Source of the DNA: Planctomycetota bacterium
Lineage (GTDB): Bacteria > Planctomycetota > Phycisphaerae > Phycisphaerales > Zrk34
Direction: 5' to 3'
Length of the DNA: 24,000 nt
Assembly (NCBI GenBank): GCA_016125255.1
Contig: WGMD01000009.1
Coordinates: 225,303 to 249,302, forward strand
Part shown: positions 14,349 through 21,316 of the stretch, one piece after another
How the letters are laid out: every line of letters begins with the position of its first letter
How positions within the stretch are numbered: the stretch's first letter is position 1
Position numbers and translations under genes: made by a program
The notes under the pieces: generated by a model
The model's database searches: none
Told to the model about the DNA's origin: nothing
What the model saw: only the letters and a program-made list of their open reading frames with translations

Positions 14349-15206
14349 CTAGCCCCGCCGGTACAGCACGGGATTGAGCGGGGAATCCGCGACATTTCCG
14401 ACCTTCACGCCCGGCAGCCACGTCTTGTGATCATTGACCTGATGCTCATTGCGCGGCTCGACCACCTTCGCCTCCTCATCCAGATAAATCACCGTCATCA
14501 CCTCGCGCGGCTGGCTCGACGTGTTCGCCCCCGCCCGGTGATAGGTCCATCCGTAATGAAAACTGACCTCGCCCAGATCGAAGGGTTCGACGATATTCGC
14601 GAACCCCGCCGCGGATAGTTCGGCTTGCAGCTTCGCTTCCGACTCGTCGCTGATTTGCAAATCGCGGCCGATCTCGTGCTGATGACTCTCGGCGGCGAAA
14701 CTCAGGGGGCCCATGTTCAATGGCACCGCGTGCAGGGGGACCCATGCGGTGCAGGTCCTGGGCGTATCGATCGGCCAGTAGTATTGGTCGGCGTGCCAGG
14801 GCGTATGTCCGCCGCCGGCGGTGCGCGCCGGTTCCTTGTACAGCGCCTGATCGTGATAGAGCCGCACGCCGGTCGAGCCCATCAGTTCCGCCGCGATCCG
14901 CGCCAGTCGTTTCCCGAATGTGAACGCCCGAACCGCTTCGTCCTGCCGCCAGAGGTTCATCACTTGTATGAACGCCTTCTGATACGTGTCGCGCTTCTCC
15001 CACGGAATGTCGGCGAGGTTGTTAAGCTCGATGACCTTCCTCGTAATGATCGGCCCGAAGTGCGAAAGCTCGGCGGGGCTGAACACGTTCTTGAGCTTGA
15101 TGTATCCCTCCCGCCGGAAAAACGCGATCTGCTCAGCGGTCAGGGGGTACGGCGTGTCGAGGTCAATTCGCGTCGCGGCGGTGGTGGTCGTCATGGCGGG
15201 CCTCAT
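14349..15206 (-). CDS. phytanoyl-CoA dioxygenase (PhyH) family Fe(II)/2-oxoglutarate oxygenase
   Basis: PhyH-type N-terminus (LTAEQIAFFRREGYIKLKNVF) and a metal-site region (HTPWHADQYYWP ... TAWVPL). The start is ambiguous among ATGs at 15206, 15194 and 15266. I chose 15206 because it is the first ATG after the GATAAT box. Confidence 0.82.
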   Translation of the reverse strand: MRPAMTTTTAATRIDLDTPYPLTAEQIAFFRREGYIKLKNVFSPAELSHFGPIITRKVIELNNLADIPWEKRDTYQKAFIQVMNLWRQDEAVRAFTFGKRLARIAAELMGSTGVRLYHDQALYKEPARTAGGGHTPWHADQYYWPIDTPRTCTAWVPLHAVPLNMGPLSFAAESHQHEIGRDLQISDESEAKLQAELSAAGFANIVEPFDLGEVSFHYGWTYHRAGANTSSQPREVMTVIYLDEEAKVVEPRNEHQVNDHKTWLPGVKVGNVADSPLNPVLYRRG

Positions 15207-15222
15207 GGGAAGTGTTGCAGAC

Positions 15223-15228
15223 ATTATC
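15223..15228 (-). promoter_or_regulatory. candidate -10 box GATAAT for the PhyH gene
   Basis: Minus strand has GATAAT 16 nt upstream of the ATG at 15206, within the divergent PhyH/AraC spacer. Confidence 0.3.
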
Positions 15229-15307
15229 GCCGGTATGACCGGCCGTTTCGTCCGCCGTATTGGCAAAAATATGTATCCGATTTGCGCCAGCGGTGGATTT
15301 TGTGAGC

Positions 15308-15313
15308 TAAAAT
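15308..15313 (+). promoter_or_regulatory. candidate -10 box TAAAAT for the AraC-family gene
   Basis: TAAAAT lies 17 nt upstream of the ATG at 15331. No convincing -35. Confidence 0.3.
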
Positions 15314-15330
15314 CGCCAACAGGATACTCG

Positions 15331-16212
15331 ATGCAGGCCTACTTTGAGCAAATCCAAACCGCAGCGGACCGGTCGTTCAACTGCTTTGAGCGGGTGGACC
15401 AGGGGTTCGAGTTCGCGTGGCATTACCATCCGCAGTACGAACTGACGCTCATCAATGACAGCCGCGGGCGGCGCTTCGTCGGCGACCACATCGACGACTA
15501 CGCCGCCGGCGACCTCGTATTGATCGGCCCGAACCTGCCGCATACATGGTGCAGCGATGAGGACGACGCGGCAAGGGAACATCGCGCCACAGTCGTGCAC
15601 TTCGATCACGACTTTTTGGGCCGGCGATTTTTTGATGTGCCCGAGATGACGCGCCTCGCGCAAATGCTTGAGCGCGCCAGGCGGGGGCTTCGTTTCAAGG
15701 GCGACATTTGCGGGCACGTCGCCGAGATGCTCGCGTCGATGCTTATGACCGACGGTCACGTGCGACTGTTCACGCTGCTGACGGCGCTGGGTCATTTGTC
15801 GATGACCAGCACGTTCGACACGCTGGCGAGCGAGGGGTATATCCCATCGGCGCGGTCGCACGATCGGCAGCGGGTGGATGCGGTGTGCGGGTTTCTCAAT
15901 GAGCACTTCACCGGCTCGATCGATCAGGCGAAGGTGGCGAAGATGGTGCGGATGAACCCCGCCGCCCTGAGCCGGTTTTTCCGCAAGGCGACGGGGCGGA
16001 CGATGACGGCGTACATCAACGAGCTGCGCGTCGGGCGGGCGAGTCGTCTGCTCATCGAGACCGACCGCACGGTGCTGGAGGTCTGCTACGCCTCGGGCTT
16101 CAACAACGCCGCGAATTTCAATCGCCAGTTCGCCCGGCTCAAAGGATGCAGCCCCGGCCAGTTCCGCCGTCGATTCACGCAGGCGGATCAGGCGTCAAAC
16201 GATCGGGTATGA
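15331..16212 (+). CDS. AraC family transcriptional regulator (N-terminal cupin sensor, C-terminal HTH)
   Basis: Start trimmed to the ATG at 15331 (MQAYFEQI...). Cupin-like N-domain (WHYHPQYELTLI ... GDLVLIGPNLPH). C-terminal AraC HTH pair (VAKMVRMNPAALSRFFRKATGRTMTAYINELRVGRASRLL ... VCYASGFNNAANFNRQF). Confidence 0.9.
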   Translation: MQAYFEQIQTAADRSFNCFERVDQGFEFAWHYHPQYELTLINDSRGRRFVGDHIDDYAAGDLVLIGPNLPHTWCSDEDDAAREHRATVVHFDHDFLGRRFFDVPEMTRLAQMLERARRGLRFKGDICGHVAEMLASMLMTDGHVRLFTLLTALGHLSMTSTFDTLASEGYIPSARSHDRQRVDAVCGFLNEHFTGSIDQAKVAKMVRMNPAALSRFFRKATGRTMTAYINELRVGRASRLLIETDRTVLEVCYASGFNNAANFNRQFARLKGCSPGQFRRRFTQADQASNDRV

Positions 16213-16213
16213 T
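16208..16213 (+). promoter_or_regulatory. -10-like hexamer TATGAT 6 nt upstream of the PTPS ATG (candidate leaderless promoter)
   Basis: Reads TATGAT-CACGGC-ATG (16208-16222). The hexamer overlaps the AraC stop codon (TGA at 16210-16212). Confidence 0.35.
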
Positions 16214-16219
16214 CACGGC

Positions 16220-17026
16220 ATGCGCGTCGAACTTGCACGCACGATTCGGTTCTGTCTGGCCGCCGACGGGTCGCTCGATGTCGACGCGGAGGTAAGCAAT
16301 TCGTTCGCCGCCTGGCCCCCAATGCGCGGGCTGGGGCGGTATTACGAATTGACGGTGACATGCGTGGGCGATGCGGATCGGGACACGGGGTATTTCATGA
16401 ACATCAAGCGGATCGACGAAGCGGCGCGGACGCACGCGCTGCCGGCGATCAGCGCCGCGGCGAAGCGGGCGGACGCGCCGCTGGGGCGATTGATGGCGAC
16501 TATGATCAGCATGTTGGGAGCTTCCGGGGGGCCGCTGGATCGGACGGTGGTGAAGGTCGAATTGCGATTGACGCCGACGGTTTCGATCGGCATTGAGGTA
16601 TCGGACATGACCCATGTGCTCGTCAGCCAGCAGTTCGAGTTCGCCGCCGCGCATCGTCTGCACACCCCGGCCCTGTCGGACACCGAGAACCGCGAAGTGT
16701 TCGGCAAGTGCAACAACCCCGCGGGGCACGGGCATAACTACCGCGTCGAAGTCACCGTCCGCTCGCCAATCGACGCCGCCGGTCACGCCATCGAAGTCGG
16801 CGCCCTCGACAAGCTCGTCGACGTAGCGGTGATCGAGAAACTCGATCACAAACATCTGAACGTCGATGTGCCGCAGTTCGCATCGCTCAATCCGTCGGTG
16901 GAGCACATCGCCAAGGTCGTCTACGACATGCTCGAATCCCCCGTCGCCAAGCGCGGCGTCAAGCTCGAGCAGGTCCGCGTCTGGGAAACGAGCAAAACCG
17001 TCTGCACGTATCGGCCGGGGATCTGA
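16220..17026 (+). CDS. 6-pyruvoyl-tetrahydropterin / 6-carboxy-tetrahydropterin synthase family protein (two T-fold halves)
   Basis: The C-terminal half carries the full PTPS signature: FEFAAAHRL, GKCNNPAGHGHNYRVEV, LDHKHLN, PSVEHIA. The N-terminal ~130 aa lack these residues and look like a degenerate second T-fold domain. Confidence 0.88.
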   Translation: MRVELARTIRFCLAADGSLDVDAEVSNSFAAWPPMRGLGRYYELTVTCVGDADRDTGYFMNIKRIDEAARTHALPAISAAAKRADAPLGRLMATMISMLGASGGPLDRTVVKVELRLTPTVSIGIEVSDMTHVLVSQQFEFAAAHRLHTPALSDTENREVFGKCNNPAGHGHNYRVEVTVRSPIDAAGHAIEVGALDKLVDVAVIEKLDHKHLNVDVPQFASLNPSVEHIAKVVYDMLESPVAKRGVKLEQVRVWETSKTVCTYRPGI

Positions 17027-17075
17027 AGTCAATCACGATATTGCGATTCGTCCTCCGTGGGCGAACTGCTCTCTC

Positions 17076-17531
17076 TCAGCCGCGCACTTCGAAAATGAAT
17101 TCGATTTCCACCGTCGCATGGAGCGGCAGGGCGTTGACGCCGACGGCCGCGCGGGCGTGTCGGCCGGATTCGCCGAAGATTTTCTGCAGAAGCTCGCTCG
17201 CTCCGTTCGCCACCGCCGCCTGTTGATCGAAGCCGGCGGCGCTCTGCACGAACACGCCGACGCGCACGACGCGCACGAACTTCGACCAGTCGCCGCCGAT
17301 CATGTCGCCGAGGACGGCCAGACCGTTGAGCACGCACTGACCCGCCGCCGCCTGCGCGAGGGCGATGTCGCTGACCGCGCCGGTGCTTGCGAGCTTGCCG
17401 TCTCTGAAGGGCAACTGCCCGCTGACGAAGATCAGATTCCCGCTGCGCACCGCGGGCAGATAGGCCGCGACCGGCTTCGGCGCCGCCGGCAAGGTCAGAT
17501 TCAACTCGGCTAGTCGGTCAGTGATGTTCAT
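17076..17531 (-). CDS. RidA/YjgF/TdcF family protein (reactive intermediate deaminase family)
   Basis: 151 aa: LIFVSGQLPF ... VRVGVFV ... ARAAVGVNALPLHATVEIEFIFE. The start overlaps the stop of the upstream esterase (ATGA at 17528-17531). Confidence 0.9.
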   Translation of the reverse strand: MNITDRLAELNLTLPAAPKPVAAYLPAVRSGNLIFVSGQLPFRDGKLASTGAVSDIALAQAAAGQCVLNGLAVLGDMIGGDWSKFVRVVRVGVFVQSAAGFDQQAAVANGASELLQKIFGESGRHARAAVGVNALPLHATVEIEFIFEVRG

Positions 17532-18424
17532 GGCGCTTTGATCGTCGGCTCGCCGGCAAGATAACCGAGCGATGCGAGGAATCGGTCGGCGGCGTCGAGC
17601 GTCTCGACATACGGCTTATTGTCGTTGCGACCGAAATTGAAAAACCCATGCTTCATGCCCGGCCAGGTGCGCAGTTCGCACCGATTGCCCGCCGCGATCA
17701 TCTGCTTCGTGAAGTATTCCCCGCCGGACAGCAGCGAATCGTCGGTGCCGAAGAAAATGATCGTGGGCACGACGCCGGGGTGGATGTGATGTGCCGGCGA
17801 GATTTCGACGGGCTCAACGCCGCAGCGATCACGCAGCGAGGCGATCAACTCCTCCGACGCCTTGGGGCTGCCCTCGAACGGCGCCAGCGCCGCGGCGGGG
17901 TTGAAGAGCACCATCGCATTCGGCTTCGACGACACGGTCGCTTCCTCGCCGGTATCGTCGAACTTGTCGATCACACCGGTGCATGCGGCGATGTGCCCGC
18001 CGGCGCTCCCGCCGGAGGCGACGATGCGATTCGGATCGACGCCGAGCTGCGCGGCATGCGCCCGCACGAAGCGGATCGCGCTCTTGGCGTCGGTGACGCA
18101 GTCGACGGCTTTGACATTCTGGCGCGAGGCGACGCGGTAGTCGGCCGTGATCGCCACCATGCCGCGTGAAGCGAAGTATTCGCACTGATGCTCAAACTGC
18201 CGGGGCGAACCGGCCTTCCACCCGCCGCCGAAGAAGAACACGATTACCGGCCGATGATCGCTCGCCTGCCAGTCGGCGGGTTTGTAGAGGTACAGGTTGA
18301 GCGTGGTGCCGTCGATTGTCTTGTACGGCATCGCCTGCGCCTCCGGCGGACGAAGCGGATCATCGGCGCCGAGCGCGACAGCGGTGAGCATCAGCAGCGT
18401 GCACAGACCGGTCAGACGCTTCAT
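17528..18424 (-). CDS. secreted alpha/beta hydrolase (esterase), paralogue A
   Basis: Signal peptide MKRLTGLCTLLMLTAVALGADD. Oxyanion region VIVFFFGGGW and nucleophile elbow GGSAGGH. Acid and His candidates are FGTDDSL and MKHGFF. Clearly alignable with the next gene (e.g. VFFFGGGW, ASRGM, YRV, RFVRAHAAQLGVDP vs RYVRAHAAELCIDP). Confidence 0.88.
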   Translation of the reverse strand: MKRLTGLCTLLMLTAVALGADDPLRPPEAQAMPYKTIDGTTLNLYLYKPADWQASDHRPVIVFFFGGGWKAGSPRQFEHQCEYFASRGMVAITADYRVASRQNVKAVDCVTDAKSAIRFVRAHAAQLGVDPNRIVASGGSAGGHIAACTGVIDKFDDTGEEATVSSKPNAMVLFNPAAALAPFEGSPKASEELIASLRDRCGVEPVEISPAHHIHPGVVPTIIFFGTDDSLLSGGEYFTKQMIAAGNRCELRTWPGMKHGFFNFGRNDNKPYVETLDAADRFLASLGYLAGEPTIKAP

Positions 18425-19305
18425 GGTTTGTCTCCCTCGGGCTTTTCGCCGATCGTCGGTTCGCCCTTGAGGTAGCCGAGCGATGTGAGAAAGATGTCCA
18501 TCGCGCGGGTGGTTTGAAAGTACGCATCGCCGTCGTTGAAAAATCCGTGGCCTTTGCCCTCAAAAAGCATCAGTTCGCTGCGCGAGCCGATGTCCTGCAT
18601 CTTCTTCTGGAACGCCTTGGCGGTGTCGACGGGGATGAGTTTGTCCTGCGTGCCGAGAAAGACGATCGCGGGGGGCATGCCCTTTTCGATGTTCGCCATC
18701 GGGCTGATCTTTTGCCAGTATTCCTTGACGCGGTCGTAGCCGTAGCCATGTTCGGAGTTGTCGTACACCGGGTTGAACAGCACAAGCGCATCGGGCACGG
18801 CGGACACGCTCGTGTCTTCGCCGTCTTCGTTGAAGTCGGTGACCGTCGCCGTCGCCGCCGCGACGTGTCCCCCGGCCGACCCGCCGCCGGCGGCGAGCTT
18901 GTCGGGGTCGATGCACAGTTCCGCGGCGTGAGCCCGCACGTATCGCATCGCGCTCTTGCCGTCCTTGACGCATTCGATGGGCGTCGTGTGATTGCGGCTG
19001 CTGACGCGATACTCCGCCGTCGCCGCCCACATCCCACGCGACGCAAGGTACGCCGCCTGCCGGTAGAACTGCGCGGGTGTGCCGCCGACCCACCCGCCGC
19101 CGAAGAAGAACACGATGGCGGGCGTGTGATCTGTCGCCTTGTGTCCGGCCGGCTCGAAGATGTGCAGCTTCAACTCGACATCGCCGACGGTTTTGTACGT
19201 GACGAGCCGCGTGGGTTTCGCATCGGTGGCGAAGCGGTCCGCCGCCGGCGCGATCGTGGTGAGCAGAGCGATCAGCACGGCTGCGATTGCGAAATGGCGC
19301 GTCAT
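18421..19305 (-). CDS. secreted alpha/beta hydrolase (esterase), paralogue B
   Basis: Start set at the ATG at 19305 (MTRHFAIAAVLIALLTTIAPAAD signal peptide), preceded by GGAGA 4 nt upstream. The track start at 19326 is a GTG with no support. Motifs: IVFFFGGGW, GGGSAGGH, LGTQDKL, GKGHGFF. The stop overlaps the paralogue A start (ATGA). Confidence 0.88.
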   Translation of the reverse strand: MTRHFAIAAVLIALLTTIAPAADRFATDAKPTRLVTYKTVGDVELKLHIFEPAGHKATDHTPAIVFFFGGGWVGGTPAQFYRQAAYLASRGMWAATAEYRVSSRNHTTPIECVKDGKSAMRYVRAHAAELCIDPDKLAAGGGSAGGHVAAATATVTDFNEDGEDTSVSAVPDALVLFNPVYDNSEHGYGYDRVKEYWQKISPMANIEKGMPPAIVFLGTQDKLIPVDTAKAFQKKMQDIGSRSELMLFEGKGHGFFNDGDAYFQTTRAMDIFLTSLGYLKGEPTIGEKPEGDKP

Positions 19306-19322
19306 GGGTTCTCCATCGTCGG

Positions 19323-21215
19323 TCACTTGAGCGCTTCGAGCACCTGACTGACCGTGTACGCATCGGACTCGAAGACGACCTTGCCGTCGGGCGCGTAGAT
19401 GACGAGCAGCGGGATCGACCGGCGGCCCTGTTGCGTGAGCAGGGCGTTGCCGGGGCCGTTGTCGTCGCCCGTCAGGTCAACCTTGATGGGCACGACCTTA
19501 TTGCTGTTGAGCGCCGCCGTGACGCGCGGATCGAACAGCACGGCATGCTCGAGGGCGTGACAATTCAGACACCACTGCGCGGTGAACTCGAGGACGATGA
19601 ATTTGCCGTCTTTTTTCGCATTTTCGAGGCGCTCGGGCGTGTAGTAGACCCAGTTGACGGGCCCGTGGCGCGTGTACCAGTACGCCAGGTGCGCCCCGGC
19701 CCCGATGAACAGCAGGCCGATCAGGACGAAGGTGATGAGATTCGCGCGGTGTTTGGGTCTGAGTGCGATCGTGCGCCAGGTCAGCCAGGTCCCGGCGGCG
19801 ATGATGAACGCGCCGACGAAGTACCAGTAGGCGAGCGTCGGCGGATCGGGCGGCGTCACGATCAGGCCCGAGACGCCGGTGCCGACGAAGAACGCCGCGG
19901 CGGCGAGCATGAACAGACCCATCACCTGCTTGATCAATTCGCTGGCCGGTCCGGTGCGGGGCATGCGGTCGATGAGCTTCGGGTACGCCGAGAGCAGCAG
20001 GTAGGGGAACGCCATGCCCGACCCGATGGCGGCGAAGGTCGAGAGCGTGACGGCGGGATTCTGCGTGGCGGCCCATGCGGCGGCGGCGCCCATGAACGGC
20101 GCGGTGCACGGCGTCGAAAGCACGGCCGTCATGATCCCGAAGAGGAACGACCCGAACGCCGTGTCGTGCGACGGGTTGAACATGTAGACCTTCTGCGGCA
20201 GTCGAACGGCGAACAGCCCGCACATGCCCGCCGCCATGATCGCGATGATCACGCCCACGCCGATCGTGAACCACGGCTTCTGGAAAAGCTGATTCGTCGC
20301 GGTGAACCCGCTGACGGTCGCGATGGCGATGCCCAATGCGAGCCAGAGGAACACGACGCCGCCGCTCATCACGGCTCCGAGCATCAGGCAGCGCGAGCGA
20401 TGACCCGCCGCCGCCGAGAGGCCCATGATCTTGATCGGAATCAGGGGCAGCACGCATGGCGTGAAATTCAGCAGAAAACCCCCGATGAAGGCGATCAGCA
20501 GCAACAACCACAACTTTGTCGGATCAATCGAAAAGTCATAGCCGAACAGCGGGATGTTGAGCGTGTTCGCGCCTGCGGGAACGTCGGCGATCGGTTGGCG
20601 GAGCACATCGAACGGGGCATCATGACTTTCCGCGATGTTCGTCCCCGCCGGCGCGACGGTGAGCGTGACCTTGCTGATCGTCGTCTGCGGTTGCAGGCAC
20701 GTCTTGTCATCGCACGCCTGCCACGTCGTCGCCGCTTCGAGGTCGTACTTGCCCGGCGCGACGCTGGGCCCGACGTGCAGCGACACGACGATCGCCGCCT
20801 TGCCCGCGTAGAAGTCGAGTTTCTGCGGACCTTCTCCGAAGTCGACGACGATCGGGTGCGGCTCGGGGTATCGCACGCCCGACACCAATACGCCCGCCGG
20901 AAGCCCCGTGACTTTCACATCCGTCGGCACCAGGTAGTCAAGCTGCGGCTTATGCAGCTGAATGTGGTAGCGCGGATCGATGTCCAGCTCAATCGCCAGC
21001 GCGCCCTCCGAGTCGGCGGCGATCGCCTCGCCTTGCCAGCGCGTGTCGAACTTGACCACCGGCTCGCGCGCCCCGCTCCCGGAAGTCGCGTCCGGCGCGC
21101 CGAAGGCGTCGCCGAACCCCGCCGGGTCCGTCAACTGTCCGCGCGTCTGAACAGCGATCATGCTGAGCATCAGACAGGCGAGCAGGGCGGGAAAATGGCG
21201 GGGCGGATGAGTCAT
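19323..21215 (-). CDS. dsbD: thiol:disulfide interchange protein DsbD (three-domain protein-disulfide reductase)
   Basis: N-terminal periplasmic alpha-like domain with a Cys pair (WQACDDKTCLQP). Central CcdA/DsbD transmembrane core with conserved Cys (LNFTPCVLPLIP, LSTPCTAPFMG). C-terminal thioredoxin domain with CxxC (EFTAQWCLNCHALE). Start chosen at the ATG at 21215 (MTHPPRHFPALLACLMLSMIA signal-like), downstream of the predicted promoter. 21260 remains possible. Confidence 0.9.
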   Translation of the reverse strand: MTHPPRHFPALLACLMLSMIAVQTRGQLTDPAGFGDAFGAPDATSGSGAREPVVKFDTRWQGEAIAADSEGALAIELDIDPRYHIQLHKPQLDYLVPTDVKVTGLPAGVLVSGVRYPEPHPIVVDFGEGPQKLDFYAGKAAIVVSLHVGPSVAPGKYDLEAATTWQACDDKTCLQPQTTISKVTLTVAPAGTNIAESHDAPFDVLRQPIADVPAGANTLNIPLFGYDFSIDPTKLWLLLLIAFIGGFLLNFTPCVLPLIPIKIMGLSAAAGHRSRCLMLGAVMSGGVVFLWLALGIAIATVSGFTATNQLFQKPWFTIGVGVIIAIMAAGMCGLFAVRLPQKVYMFNPSHDTAFGSFLFGIMTAVLSTPCTAPFMGAAAAWAATQNPAVTLSTFAAIGSGMAFPYLLLSAYPKLIDRMPRTGPASELIKQVMGLFMLAAAAFFVGTGVSGLIVTPPDPPTLAYWYFVGAFIIAAGTWLTWRTIALRPKHRANLITFVLIGLLFIGAGAHLAYWYTRHGPVNWVYYTPERLENAKKDGKFIVLEFTAQWCLNCHALEHAVLFDPRVTAALNSNKVVPIKVDLTGDDNGPGNALLTQQGRRSIPLLVIYAPDGKVVFESDAYTVSQVLEALK

Positions 21216-21255
21216 GCGTGGTTGAAACGTCGGTGTGGGGGCGGCGGTTCGGGGC

Positions 21256-21284
21256 ATCATACCGGGGCTGTGCGGGGATTTGAA
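21256..21284 (-). promoter_or_regulatory. candidate sigma70 promoter for dsbD operon (TTCAAA-N17-TATGAT)
   Basis: Minus strand has -35 TTCAAA (21284-21279), an exact 17-nt spacer, and -10 TATGAT (21261-21256). The -35 is the reverse complement of the TTTGAA used by the putative fliM promoter. Confidence 0.45.
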
Positions 21285-21310
21285 GAAGCGGGGGCCTTCG
21301 TTCCGATAAA
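21280..21310 (+). promoter_or_regulatory. candidate fliM promoter (TTGAAG-N19-GATAAA; -10 region also reads CCGATAA, sigma28-like)
   Basis: TTGAAG at 21280-21285 and GATAAA at 21305-21310, followed by GTCCTT-ATG. CCGATAA (21303-21309) matches 7 of 8 positions of the FliA -10 consensus GCCGATAA, but the -35 TAAA is not well matched. Confidence 0.3.
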
Positions 21311-21316
21311 GTCCTT

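Noticed and set aside
14719-14732. TGGCAC-CGCG-TGCA, superficially sigma54-like
   Set aside because: The GG to GC spacing is 10 nt rather than the 12 nt of the -24/-12 consensus. It lies inside the PhyH coding region on the antisense strand, with no downstream gene.
13515-15305. Plus-strand ORFs 13515-14189 and 14625-15305, and ORF 18514-19347
   Set aside because: They are antisense to the GT9, PhyH and esterase B genes respectively. All show the same arginine-rich antisense composition.
17031-17048. Imperfect palindrome AATCACGATATTGCGATT in the convergent PTPS/ridA spacer
   Set aside because: The stem is short and AT-rich, with a mismatch and a wobble pair, and has no U-tract. It is too weak to call a terminator.
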